Virus record (IMG/VR): IMGVR_UViG_3300025659_000312
Strand: one strand, 5' to 3'
Origin: a virus
DNA length: 39,006 nucleotides
Positions 1 through 8,864 of this stretch are shown piece by piece. A program made the translations under genes and the position numbers. Below the pieces are notes generated by a model that saw only the letters and a program-made list of their open reading frames with translations, was not told where the DNA came from and searched no databases. Position 1 is the first letter of the stretch, and each line of letters opens with the position of its first letter.

Positions 1-389
1 AAGCCTTTACTAATATTCATAGAATGTTCTTTAGAACGAATTCTTCCTTTTAATGATTTGCTTTTTTTCTTATTTGATTCTTCCGAAAAAATATGATTAA
101 ATCCACCAGTAGTCATATTATATCCGGTTCCCTCATCCATAAAAGTATTATATTCTTTAATATAATATGATTCCATTTTATTTAACTCATCCATAGAATT
201 ACACTCACATATAATACCCCACTTAAAATTTTCTATGCCATATTTACGAAGTGCATTATGAAAATAAAAATTTGAATTTCCATTAAATGCGCTCTGGCAA
301 TGACCTTTTTTTCTATCTTCCAATGTCTTAATCGTCTGACCAATATAAGATTTATCATTTATTTCATTGTGTGCTCGATAAATAATCAT
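1..389 (-). CDS. GIY-YIG homing endonuclease with NUMOD3-like motif (partial, runs off left edge; absent from ORF track)
   Basis: Hand translation from ATG 389: MIIYRAHNEINDKSYIGQTIKTLEDRKKGH...ALRKYGIENF...NKMESYYI...GYNMTTGG...EESNKKKSKSLKGRIRSKEH. IY..YIG, conserved R, E and N of the GIY-YIG fold. SD GGAGA 7 nt upstream. Confidence 0.92.
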   Translation of the reverse strand, partial: MIIYRAHNEINDKSYIGQTIKTLEDRKKGHCQSAFNGNSNFYFHNALRKYGIENFKWGIICECNSMDELNKMESYYIKEYNTFMDEGTGYNMTTGGFNHIFSEESNKKKSKSLKGRIRSKEHSMNISKG

Positions 390-390
390 T

Positions 391-474
391 TTAATTTCTC
401 CAGCTTATCATGAGATTTTTGAACTTCCCCGTTTTGATCACATCTCCCACGGAAACATCTATTGTAATTGCCAT
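391..474 (-). other. 27-codon ORF, probably the 5' fragment or exon of a small phage gene interrupted after ...GKFKN
   Basis: MAITIDVSVGDVIKTGKFKN-LMISWRN*. ATG overlaps the upstream stop (TAATG); its last codons contain the endonuclease SD. Resembles, from recollection only, a phage family ..GDTILxG(R/K)FKNKK... Confidence 0.55.
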
Positions 475-1154
475 TATTTTTTCCCCTTTGGTAATAAATC
501 AACTAATTTATTTCCTTTCCATTCTCTACTATCTACTCTACCACCTATTCTATGGTCTACCCATTTTCCCCATAATTTTTCATTTTTAGCAAATATAGAC
601 TGACCACCTTTTTGAACTTGTCTATATCCACTTGCACTTCCCATTTCCTTAGAACCCGGTTCTGGTGTTGGATCGATTCCACCACTTTTAGTTCCCTCTG
701 GAGGTGTAGTTGGTTTAATCAAAGTTTCCGACGTTGAATGGAAGTTTGAGGTTTCTGGTGGAATTGTATATTCTTGTTTTCTATGAAATCCGTGGATTCC
801 ATACATTCTCTGTTTTGGTGCTAATGGTGGAGTGTCGTCTCGTAATTCATTTGCCATTATTGATGCGTATTCTTCTGGACCACTTAAATAACGATATACC
901 ATTGCTTTATCTCGTTCTGCCCGTTTTAAATTATTTAGACTTCCGTTACCACCGTAAATATTGTCCGATGCTGGAAAATCAATTTGTGTCATACCACGAG
1001 TTAAACTTGCAGGTCCCACTACTCGTCTCTCTCCACGTTTAGTGTAAAGACCGTCTGGCCATCCATCTCCAATTTCACCTAAACCTGTACCATGTCCGCC
1101 AGCTGATGACCCTTCATTTATAAGTTTTAACATTTTCGTTTCAAATTTATTCAT
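474..1154 (-). CDS. Hypothetical protein, Gly/Pro-rich, N-terminal LINE-G motif
   Basis: 226 aa ORF coupled to both neighbours; no family recognised. Confidence 0.8.
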   Translation of the reverse strand: MNKFETKMLKLINEGSSAGGHGTGLGEIGDGWPDGLYTKRGERRVVGPASLTRGMTQIDFPASDNIYGGNGSLNNLKRAERDKAMVYRYLSGPEEYASIMANELRDDTPPLAPKQRMYGIHGFHRKQEYTIPPETSNFHSTSETLIKPTTPPEGTKSGGIDPTPEPGSKEMGSASGYRQVQKGGQSIFAKNEKLWGKWVDHRIGGRVDSREWKGNKLVDLLPKGKK

Positions 1155-1724
1155 TCAATCTTCCAATAAGTTAGTCTTCCACCATTCAGGTGATAAATTC
1201 TCTACATGAAGTCGCGGTCTACCTCCACTAAATTTTGGTGATTTCTTTGCGGGGTCTGATGTATTACGTATGTTATCTTCTATACGACCTTCAGCGTCAA
1301 TTCCAGATGCTACAGGTGGACCAGCAAATAATACATTCTTATCATCTACTCCCAACCATTTAATTACACTCCAACCTAAATTTTCTATCACATCACGTAA
1401 TCTGTTTTTATATTTTTTCTTAGCTCCGTATGAAATTGCTGGAACTTCTCTGTAGTCCATAGTATAATCTTCTTCTGGATCCATTGCACCGTCACTTAAA
1501 ATATATCCAATTACCTTATATCCTAAATCATTCTGTAATTGCTTAACCCAGTCTTTGGTTTCTTGTTTATATTGATCCAATGATTTGTAAAATGTTCCTG
1601 GACCGTCATCTACTGGTGCTTTTCTGGTACCTGCACCTTCTTTTATGATAGAAATTATATCATTTTCTACTATAAAATCTCCTATTTTATCACCACTAAA
1701 CTCATTTAAAATCTTTTTATGCAA
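1155..1724 (-). CDS. Hypothetical protein
   Basis: 189 aa, TTG start with GGAGA SD 6 nt upstream; ILNE and IIKE-G motifs near the N-terminus. Confidence 0.8.
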   Translation of the reverse strand: MHKKILNEFSGDKIGDFIVENDIISIIKEGAGTRKAPVDDGPGTFYKSLDQYKQETKDWVKQLQNDLGYKVIGYILSDGAMDPEEDYTMDYREVPAISYGAKKKYKNRLRDVIENLGWSVIKWLGVDDKNVLFAGPPVASGIDAEGRIEDNIRNTSDPAKKSPKFSGGRPRLHVENLSPEWWKTNLLED

Positions 1725-1753
1725 TAATCTTCTCCAAGATATACTTTATCACT

Positions 1754-1762
1754 TATAAATAT
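1754..1762 (-). promoter_or_regulatory. Intergenic ATATTTATA motif (candidate promoter; TATAAATAT on + strand)
   Basis: Same 9-mer in three intergenic gaps (1754, 12145, 20042), about 20-40 nt upstream of a start codon. Confidence 0.4.
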
Positions 1763-1770
1763 CAATTTAC

Positions 1771-2328
1771 TTAACTATTAGACAATTCTTCCTCAACTTC
1801 TATTTTCATTTTGAGTAAATCTTTGAGTGCGTCATCTGCCATTTCTTTTACTTTCTCGTCACTTTGAGTCCATTTCTCTTTCTCTATTTCTACTGACTGG
1901 ACTCCAACTTGATTGTAAAATTCGGGTGTGGTCTGTGTTTTCCAATCTTCTACACTTTCTATTTGTTCGTTTAACCATGAAAGTTTATTTTTCAACACTT
2001 TTTGATTTTCCCAATCTTCAAATGTTCCATCTACCCGAAGTTTATTCTCAAATTTTACTTGACAATCAAAACATTGATTGTATAATCTATACATCTTATC
2101 ATCAAGTTTCAATTTCATTATTTTATCACACTTTGGACAAAACCATGGCATCTTTGCTTCTTGTAATACCTCCATTCTTCCATTTATTCTGTCTCTTTCG
2201 TCTTGTATCTCTTTTTTACGAGCTTTCTTTTCTTTTTTATCTTCCGTGACCACCATTATTCTTTTATTTGGCGTTTCATTTCGTAAAATGGATTCTCTTG
2301 CCTCTACGTGTCTTTGATGTTCTCCCAT
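1771..2328 (-). CDS. Hypothetical protein with CxxC...CxxC zinc-binding motif
   Basis: WFCPKCDKIM...NQCFDCQV within a charged, helical 185 aa ORF. Confidence 0.8.
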   Translation of the reverse strand: MGEHQRHVEARESILRNETPNKRIMVVTEDKKEKKARKKEIQDERDRINGRMEVLQEAKMPWFCPKCDKIMKLKLDDKMYRLYNQCFDCQVKFENKLRVDGTFEDWENQKVLKNKLSWLNEQIESVEDWKTQTTPEFYNQVGVQSVEIEKEKWTQSDEKVKEMADDALKDLLKMKIEVEEELSNS

Positions 2329-2333
2329 AACCG

Positions 2334-3368
2334 TTACCTCAAATGTTTGTTTACTATTTTAACTGCCTCTAAAGCATGTTTTCGTGTTTGCTTTATCATT
2401 TCAAATGACTCTGGCGTTTCTGCTTTCTTAAATTTTGAATTCGATAATTGTTTCTTTGTTTGTTTTGCGTAATTACTTCTAACATTCTTTATGAATTCCT
2501 TTGAGTTTTTCATATTACTCAATCCACCTTTACCAAGAACTCCATTTTGTTCTAATGTCTTTGCCATTCCTATAATTCCAATACAGAAACTTTTTATGGA
2601 TACATTTTCGGTATCTATTCCCTTATACTTAATAAGTAGTGGGTCAATCTTTATTTCTTTAATATTTATTTTTGGGTCGTTTAGTTTAACTAAAAAACGA
2701 GTTGCGTGATACATAAACTTACCAATATCTGTTGAAATTAACTTAAACTCTATTCCTTTTCTATTTCTTGACGTAACTAAAATGTTATTCTTGAATCTTC
2801 CCAAAACCCCCTCTGTTCCAAATGACATTGTTACTGTATTTCCAAGAGCACTATATAAATTTCCAATAGTAAACCCCTTTAATCCATATTGTGGCTTATA
2901 TCTTCCACTCATCCAGTCTGTATATGGTTTGAATGTCAATATCAAATCAACTTGACTATAAACTTCCTCTCCCAAATTGAAAATTACTGAATTTCCTTTG
3001 GTGTGTAATGTATCAGTAATCTCTACGTTTTTTGGAGCCTTTGTTTTTACATAAGTAAGAAAAGTTTCAAGATATTTTCGTCTTATTGCATTTTCCTTCT
3101 TTCTAAAATCTTTTTGGTCTATAACTGAAATTGGTATTTCTACCAACATATCAATATCACCATATATTTTATCAACTTTATGTTTCAAATCATGCTTATA
3201 GTAACTTGTAGATCCAACTGGAGTTAATTTACCAAGTGGTTGTAGTCCACTCGTTTTCAAAAAAACATTAAAATTTTTAACAAACCTCTCAAACTCTTTT
3301 ACTGACGCCTTCACTATCATTGGAGTTAATTTAGTTTTCTGGGTTTTTACTGTTTCCCATCCGCCCAT
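2334..3368 (-). CDS. Pol-beta superfamily nucleotidyltransferase-like protein
   Basis: VGSTS...YGDIDMLV (G[GS]...DxD) plus third acidic residue in SQVDLIL; 344 aa. Confidence 0.65.
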   Translation of the reverse strand: MGGWETVKTQKTKLTPMIVKASVKEFERFVKNFNVFLKTSGLQPLGKLTPVGSTSYYKHDLKHKVDKIYGDIDMLVEIPISVIDQKDFRKKENAIRRKYLETFLTYVKTKAPKNVEITDTLHTKGNSVIFNLGEEVYSQVDLILTFKPYTDWMSGRYKPQYGLKGFTIGNLYSALGNTVTMSFGTEGVLGRFKNNILVTSRNRKGIEFKLISTDIGKFMYHATRFLVKLNDPKINIKEIKIDPLLIKYKGIDTENVSIKSFCIGIIGMAKTLEQNGVLGKGGLSNMKNSKEFIKNVRSNYAKQTKKQLSNSKFKKAETPESFEMIKQTRKHALEAVKIVNKHLR

Positions 3369-3371
3369 TTT

Positions 3372-4268
3372 TTATAACTCCTTTGGAATTGGGAATTTAT
3401 ATCTTGTTAGTGTAGTTTTGTATGCATCAAATATTTTCCTATTCAACTTTTTAAATAAAAAGTCCTTTGACTTCATCAACTTATATAATTTTTCAAATGA
3501 ATCAATATCTTTAAACGTGCGTTTTGATCCGAATAAAAATTTTGCTAACTTATCCATATCCCCAATTACTTTTCTTATTTTTAGTTTAACTCGTTTTCCC
3601 TTTTCGTTTGTGGTAAAATCAACTAACTCTACACCATTTTTCCAATTCATTTGAAATTTTCTCTTAACGTCAGGATCTTTTGTTTTTAATATCGTTTGAG
3701 AAAAAATATCTGCAATTAATAAATTACGATATACTGCTTTGTATTTACTTCTATAATCTGATGCAGAAAGTGCTTTTTTCATGAATTCTAAATCACCAAT
3801 CATAACATCAATCTGAACATATCCAGGATCACCTAAATCATTTCCATCTTTATCTACAGCGTTTAGTTGAGTACCACTTTTATCTACAAGTGGGGTGATG
3901 AAGTGAGCCTGTTTTAATCCCTTATTAATTTTATGATCCTTAATTTTAGTTCTACCTAAAAACTTATCTAACTCTCCCCAAAATTCAGTTGCTTCACCGT
4001 TAAACTTCATAATTTTAGCCATGACTGATACATCTACTGCAATATCAATATCCCCTAAAAATGGTTTTTTATAGTTTCCTATGATTGTGTATTTTAATTT
4101 TTTTAGACCAGCATCTACGAGAGATTTTTTGATTGTAGCATCCAGATGTTCACTTGGGACTACTGAATTTACATCACTAAAAACATTACCACCTTCAAGT
4201 AATAAACGTTTAAAATGTCTCTTTATTTCTTCTCGTATTAATTTTCTTACACTATTTTCCGTTATCAT
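3372..4268 (-). CDS. Second Pol-beta superfamily nucleotidyltransferase-like protein
   Basis: IIGNYKKPFLGDIDIAVD and YVQIDVMIG motifs; leader LIREEI..LLLE-GGNVF. ATG at 4268 preferred over the track's TTG at 4271. Confidence 0.65.
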   Translation of the reverse strand: MITENSVRKLIREEIKRHFKRLLLEGGNVFSDVNSVVPSEHLDATIKKSLVDAGLKKLKYTIIGNYKKPFLGDIDIAVDVSVMAKIMKFNGEATEFWGELDKFLGRTKIKDHKINKGLKQAHFITPLVDKSGTQLNAVDKDGNDLGDPGYVQIDVMIGDLEFMKKALSASDYRSKYKAVYRNLLIADIFSQTILKTKDPDVKRKFQMNWKNGVELVDFTTNEKGKRVKLKIRKVIGDMDKLAKFLFGSKRTFKDIDSFEKLYKLMKSKDFLFKKLNRKIFDAYKTTLTRYKFPIPKEL

Positions 4269-4279
4269 CAATTCTCTCC

Positions 4280-5983
4280 CTAATCTACATTACGGTCTAA
4301 ATACATTTGAGATACAACTTCTGGAGTATTTTTCTTTAATAAGTTTTTCATATTCTTAATTCTATTAATTGTCAATATTATACTTTTTCGTGTATCTTCA
4401 CGTTTCTTTGGAATGGTTACTAATTCATCACCATCACTTTTAAATTCAGCGGCTATTGATTTAACACTTGCTTCAAGTTTAACCAAATAACCTTCAAGTC
4501 CAGTTGGGTCTACCTTAATGCGTTTAACCAACTCTTTTTCTGCGTTCTGTAAATCATTCATGTATTTCCAATTGCGTTCTTTACGAGCAGTAAACTGATT
4601 TTTATCTACTATCTTGACCACATTTCCATCAGGAACATATAATACAAGTCCTTCATCTTCTTCACCAAATGCACGTTGAAAATCTACTTTCAATACTTTA
4701 CCTTTCATCTTTTTACCAATCAAATTTGCTATTCTCTGTATTTGATATTTGATTTTTTTATGGTGTGGTTTTCTTGCTGGGGTATTTAATAAATTTCCAT
4801 ATTTTTCAATCATCTTACTTAACAAAATTTCATAACTTTCTTCAAAATGAACTTGTTTTAAATTTACTTTTGGATTTGAAAAGAATTTAATGGTAGTTTT
4901 CTTATTTGCTTCTTTAGCAAATACATCGTGAAATGCTATTGGAGTTTCTACACCATCAACTATTATTTTAAATAATACTACTATACCATCACCAATTTTT
5001 TCTGGATCATATAATACTATATTGTAATCCCATGATGGTATTGCCTCACATTCAATAGATATGTTTTTAGTATTACCTTCAATGCCAAATTTCTTTGCAT
5101 ATTTATCTACTATTTTCTTATATGGAATTTTCTTTAATAATTTATGATACTTTACGAAATCTTCATAAAAATATAATGAAGGATAATCTTTTTCGTGTTT
5201 AACAGTTTTAGTTTTTGATCCTGAATAAAACCCTCCACCCCTTATTCCAAATTGGAAAAAGTGACCATCTACCTTTTCATTAACTTCAAATTTTGTATTG
5301 TCGGCATTCCACAGTTTTAAGAAGTTTAATAAATCCTTTGGTTTCATATCCTCTATATGTTTAATACCTTCTGTTAAAACTCCCTCTGTGATACCAAATT
5401 TCGTCTTAAAGATACCATATACGGACTTATTAACTTTACCGTATAGAGTTTTAAATGCATCCTTTGGATTATCACCTTTGAATGCATTTCTAACAACAGT
5501 TCCACTAATAGTTTTTCCATCAATTTTCATTTGAAGTTGTGGGACAGTAATTACATATCCTTTTGTTTCAAAACTTTCCATATCTTTACCTGTATATGGG
5601 TTATAATACTTTCCACTTAATCTACCAGCATCCTTTTCACCGAGACCAACTACCAACGCAGTAGTTTTCTCATCAAACTTAGACTTTATCTCTACAGTAT
5701 TATATGGATTTTTAACTTGAATGATGTTAGATTTTGGAACTTTAAACATTTTAGATATTATAGCTTCTTTTTCCTTAAAATCAAATGGTGATTTACCATC
5801 AGTTTTATTTGAAGTTCCTATAAATACATTTTTCTTACCGAATTTTTTAACTAAGAATTCGTATGCGTGATGATGTCCTTTATGATATGGTTGGAATCTA
5901 CCGGAGTATACTGCTATGGTTTTTTTTATTTCACCAGTATCTTCCAATAATTCTTGTATTAACTGTGTTGCTAATTTACTCAT
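4280..5983 (-). CDS. HIGH-class cytidyltransferase-like domain fused to an ATP-dependent (RNA) ligase-like domain
   Basis: N-half YSGRFQPYHKGHHHAY (HIGH-type). C-half NEKVDG (motif I KxDG), DEGLVL (motif IV), VKIVDK (motif V). Confidence 0.7.
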   Translation of the reverse strand: MSKLATQLIQELLEDTGEIKKTIAVYSGRFQPYHKGHHHAYEFLVKKFGKKNVFIGTSNKTDGKSPFDFKEKEAIISKMFKVPKSNIIQVKNPYNTVEIKSKFDEKTTALVVGLGEKDAGRLSGKYYNPYTGKDMESFETKGYVITVPQLQMKIDGKTISGTVVRNAFKGDNPKDAFKTLYGKVNKSVYGIFKTKFGITEGVLTEGIKHIEDMKPKDLLNFLKLWNADNTKFEVNEKVDGHFFQFGIRGGGFYSGSKTKTVKHEKDYPSLYFYEDFVKYHKLLKKIPYKKIVDKYAKKFGIEGNTKNISIECEAIPSWDYNIVLYDPEKIGDGIVVLFKIIVDGVETPIAFHDVFAKEANKKTTIKFFSNPKVNLKQVHFEESYEILLSKMIEKYGNLLNTPARKPHHKKIKYQIQRIANLIGKKMKGKVLKVDFQRAFGEEDEGLVLYVPDGNVVKIVDKNQFTARKERNWKYMNDLQNAEKELVKRIKVDPTGLEGYLVKLEASVKSIAAEFKSDGDELVTIPKKREDTRKSIILTINRIKNMKNLLKKNTPEVVSQMYLDRNVD

Positions 5984-6132
5984 CTTCGTCCACCTTTATC
6001 AAAGTCCTTTGAAAACTTCTGTAATTTACCAAATGCTCTAAACTTTTTCATTTTCTCTTGTTTACTCCATTTCATTTTATCAAATACTTTCATTCTCTCC
6101 GTTAGTGGAAGTAGTGATGACAATTTAATCAT
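5980..6132 (-). CDS. 50 aa basic protein with MIKL leader (absent from ORF track)
   Basis: MIKLSSLLPLTERMKVFDKMKWSKQEKMKKFRAFGKLQKFSKDFDKGGRR*; overlaps both neighbours and fills the gap exactly. Confidence 0.7.
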   Translation of the reverse strand: MIKLSSLLPLTERMKVFDKMKWSKQEKMKKFRAFGKLQKFSKDFDKGGRR

Positions 6133-6649
6133 ATTTTACCAACTGTGACTTCATTTTTATATGTGGATATTTCCGTTTTAATTTCTTTACTGCATTTACA
6201 TTTTTATTGGAATCATCGAAAAATGCTATATCATCGTATCCTTTTTTGATTTGGCCTTCTACCCAATCCGCTTTCTTTTGTGGATTTGCATCTGCAAGTG
6301 CTACTACAAATACATCTCCGTGGCCACTATCCTTAAAAAATTGTCTGACTGGTTTATATTTTGATCTGGCTGTAAGTATAGTTAGACGACGATTTCCAAC
6401 TGCACTATGTATTCTCTTAAATACCTTAAACATACTTTTTATTTTTTTAGGGTCTATTACTTTATCAAATTCTGAAAAATCTATTTCATCACCTGGTTCT
6501 GGTTTATATACTGCGTATAGTCCTGGTGTCATTGTTATTTTCTTTCCATTACGCATTAAATAAACTTTAGAATTAGATTTTACTAGTGTATCATCAAAAT
6601 CAAATACTCGGAGTTTTTTTTCTATTAATAAATCTTTAAGTTTTATCAC
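6125..6649 (-). CDS. HAD-superfamily phosphatase (possibly PNKP 3'-phosphatase or nucleotidase-like)
   Basis: Motif I VFDFDDTL, motif II LTAR, motif III K (PQKKADW), motif IV FFDD; GTG start; MIKLKDLLIE leader. Confidence 0.85.
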   Translation of the reverse strand: MIKLKDLLIEKKLRVFDFDDTLVKSNSKVYLMRNGKKITMTPGLYAVYKPEPGDEIDFSEFDKVIDPKKIKSMFKVFKRIHSAVGNRRLTILTARSKYKPVRQFFKDSGHGDVFVVALADANPQKKADWVEGQIKKGYDDIAFFDDSNKNVNAVKKLKRKYPHIKMKSQLVKYD

Positions 6650-6740
6650 TACCTAATTCCATCACATAATATAGTATTACAAACACCACCGCACTCAATA
6701 ATAAAAAATCAAATTTTGCTACTATGAAATCACTAAACAT
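6636..6740 (-). CDS. 34 aa single-pass membrane micro-protein (absent from ORF track)
   Basis: MFSDFIVAKFDFLLLSAVVFVILYYVMELGSDKT*; TAATG-coupled to the upstream gene. Confidence 0.5.
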   Translation of the reverse strand: MFSDFIVAKFDFLLLSAVVFVILYYVMELGSDKT

Positions 6741-7102
6741 TACTTATCTAGCTTCCAACGTTTATCTGCTATTTTCTTCATACTTTTAAGAATAGTTTCT
6801 AATGCAACTACACTCTGATAATTATGTTTCCAATTTGGTTTAACAAAATCTTTATTTGTCCTGTTGGCCGTATTAAATATTTTATTAGCATGACCAAGAA
6901 CTGTTTTAGCATATATTCTAAATTTTTTAGTTAGTTCTTCCCTTCCACTTTCACTAATAATCTCTCTAATCTTTTTTCGTAATACTCGTTCTTGTAATTC
7001 ATCTTTTGCCATCATCATCTCCCGTTTAGATATTTTAACTTTTTGTTTTCCGATTTCTCTCGGTTTGTCTATGTGAAATTGTGCTATTATTTTATATCCC
7101 AA
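6740..7102 (-). CDS. Hypothetical protein; real start probably an ATG at 7012-7018
   Basis: GGGAG directly precedes ATG ATG ATG GCA; LRKKIREIISE-S leader-like motif. Confidence 0.65.
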   Translation of the reverse strand: MGYKIIAQFHIDKPREIGKQKVKISKREMMMAKDELQERVLRKKIREIISESGREELTKKFRIYAKTVLGHANKIFNTANRTNKDFVKPNWKHNYQSVVALETILKSMKKIADKRWKLDK

Positions 7103-7323
7103 GTTTTAATAGATTTTAAAACATAAGTAAGCGTTCCAACCTCATAATTAAATGCCTTTGCTAATTTATCATTTTTAAGATGTAAAATCATTGAGTATTT
7201 CTTAAATGTTTCTATTGAAGATTTAAGTGTTTTTACTATAGCCATTTTATTTCCAGCACCTGCATATTCATTCAAAAGTTCTTCTCTGATGAGTTCTCTT
7301 AGTTGTGTTTTAGTTATTTTCAT
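7087..7323 (-). CDS. Hypothetical protein with MKITKTQLRELIREELLNE leader
   Basis: 78 aa; SD GGAGA upstream. Confidence 0.8.
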   Translation of the reverse strand: MKITKTQLRELIREELLNEYAGAGNKMAIVKTLKSSIETFKKYSMILHLKNDKLAKAFNYEVGTLTYVLKSIKTWDIK

Positions 7324-7345
7324 TTTATTTCTCCATTAAAGTGTA

Positions 7346-7606
7346 TCACTCAAATTTCATTGGTTCTTGTGCCACTTTGTCTGCAAGTGTACCTATACCA
7401 AAACTGACCTGGGATAAAAGTTCAAGCCAAGAATCCAAATTTTCCTTTCCTTTTATTGAAGATTTTACCTCTTTGATAGCCTTACCCAACATCTTTTCAT
7501 AAACCAGTAAATGTTTTAATAATTCCTTTTTCCTCGTTGGGTCATCCCACCCCTCATTTAACTCTTCCCGAATCATTTCTTTTAATTGTGTTTTAGTTAT
7601 TTTCAT
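7346..7606 (-). CDS. Hypothetical protein with MKITKTQLKEMIREELNE leader
   Basis: ATG 7606 has GGAGG 8 nt upstream, preferred over the track start at 7621. Confidence 0.8.
   Translation of the reverse strand: MKITKTQLKEMIREELNEGWDDPTRKKELLKHLLVYEKMLGKAIKEVKSSIKGKENLDSWLELLSQVSFGIGTLADKVAQEPMKFE
7562..7606 (-). repeat. 45-nt direct repeat, copy 1 (leader-coding)
   Basis: ATGAAAATAACTAAAACACAATTAAAAGAAATGATTCGGGAAGAG; 43/45 identical to 8819-8863. Confidence 0.9.
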
Positions 7607-7610
7607 TCTA

Positions 7611-7892
7611 CTATCCTCCAAACCTACTGTTTTTCCACATCAACTTCTGCAATCTTTCATACTCACGTTGTTGTTCTGGTGATATTTTAATTGTTTTCAA
7701 TGGCCCAAATATTCTTTGTTTTCTACTGTTTTGTTTATAAACATCATCCATCTTCTTTTCATCTTTATCTACTGCAATTACTTTTTTAAGGTTGCTACTT
7801 ACCACTATCCAATATCCAGCCTTTCTCATTTCTTGTGCCTTGTCAATAGTAATGTCTACTTTTTCGTTTAGTAAATCTATTAGTTTAATCAT
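7611..7892 (-). CDS. Hypothetical protein with MIKLIDLLNE leader
   Basis: 93 aa, overlaps the upstream stop. Confidence 0.8.
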   Translation of the reverse strand: MIKLIDLLNEKVDITIDKAQEMRKAGYWIVVSSNLKKVIAVDKDEKKMDDVYKQNSRKQRIFGPLKTIKISPEQQREYERLQKLMWKNSRFGG

Positions 7893-8446
7893 TTTATACC
7901 CATCAACTCTAATTCTTTTTCCCAGAATAATCCGTATACGGCTAATGCATTGACTTTAACTAACACATTCATTGTGTTTCCAACGTGAAATACTTCTTGT
8001 TCATTTCTTTTTAATCCAACTTCTTTTCCAATCTTACCTAACCACTTATAATTACCAACAAAATTATTATCTATTTTAGTAATAATAATTGATTCTGGAT
8101 AATCGGGCTTAGCATTATATTTAGCAAACTTTTGAGCTAAATCAAAATTATATGTAAATGATTGTACTGGTCGTCTTGACCTATACTTCATTTTTAAAAA
8201 CAACCATTTGTCATCTCGTTTAGCTATTTTTAGTTTTTTTAAATCTTTTTTAGATATAGCCGTTCCTCTATACACTTCACCACTAATCGGGTTTAATTCT
8301 TTTGAGTATTTAGATTTTTTTGAATACAAAGATTTAATAGTAGAATCTATTTTAGTAGTTCTTTCACCGCCAGCTTTCATATACTTTTTTAACATTTCTA
8401 TTTCAGTATCTAAGTTTTCTGTCAATAAATATTTTAGTTTGATCAT
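7889..8446 (-). CDS. ADP-ribosyltransferase-like protein (R-S-E class) with MIKLKYLLTE leader
   Basis: VYRGT ... VQSFT...AQKFA ... NEQEVF matches the R, S-x-S/T and E-x-E order of ART-fold toxins. Confidence 0.6.
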   Translation of the reverse strand: MIKLKYLLTENLDTEIEMLKKYMKAGGERTTKIDSTIKSLYSKKSKYSKELNPISGEVYRGTAISKKDLKKLKIAKRDDKWLFLKMKYRSRRPVQSFTYNFDLAQKFAKYNAKPDYPESIIITKIDNNFVGNYKWLGKIGKEVGLKRNEQEVFHVGNTMNVLVKVNALAVYGLFWEKELELMGIK

Positions 8447-8482
8447 AATTTATCTCCTAATAATAAAAAGCTATGTTTAGTT

Positions 8483-8578
8483 TCAGTTCTTACAATATGT
8501 ACGTACTTTTGCCAATTGCCGTTTTGTAATGATATCCGCATCTAATAATAGGTGCCCTAATTTTGCATCACCATTCAC
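8483..8578 (-). CDS. 31 aa ORF with one MshEN-like half motif (possibly truncated)
   Basis: GTG start with AGGAG SD 7 nt upstream; MNGDAKLGHLLLDADIITKRQLAKVRTYCKN*. Confidence 0.5.
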   Translation of the reverse strand: MNGDAKLGHLLLDADIITKRQLAKVRTYCKN

Positions 8579-8593
8579 TTTACTTCTCCTTAT

Positions 8594-8863
8594 TTACCCC
8601 TTTAATAATTCGTGATATAATTTGTCAAGCATAATTTTGGTAAAAGCGTCATATTCACTTAATGCACTTTTAATCAATTTATTTGAAGCACTCGAATATT
8701 CTTTTGATTTGGATTTAGCGAACTTTTTTAATTCCTTACCAAAATCTTCAGCTTTATTTCCAATAGCCAAATACTCATCGTCATCATGTGGATGATAATA
8801 ATCATTCTCATTCAAGAGCTCTTCCCGAATCATTTCTTTTAATTGTGTTTTAGATATTTTCAC
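8594..8863 (-). CDS. Hypothetical protein with MKISKTQLKEMIREELLNE leader
   Basis: 89 aa, GTG start, GGAGA SD. Confidence 0.8.
   Translation of the reverse strand: MKISKTQLKEMIREELLNENDYYHPHDDDEYLAIGNKAEDFGKELKKFAKSKSKEYSSASNKLIKSALSEYDAFTKIMLDKLYHELLKG
8819..8863 (-). repeat. 45-nt direct repeat, copy 2 (leader-coding)
   Basis: GTGAAAATATCTAAAACACAATTAAAAGAAATGATTCGGGAAGAG. Confidence 0.9.
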
Positions 8864-8864
8864 T

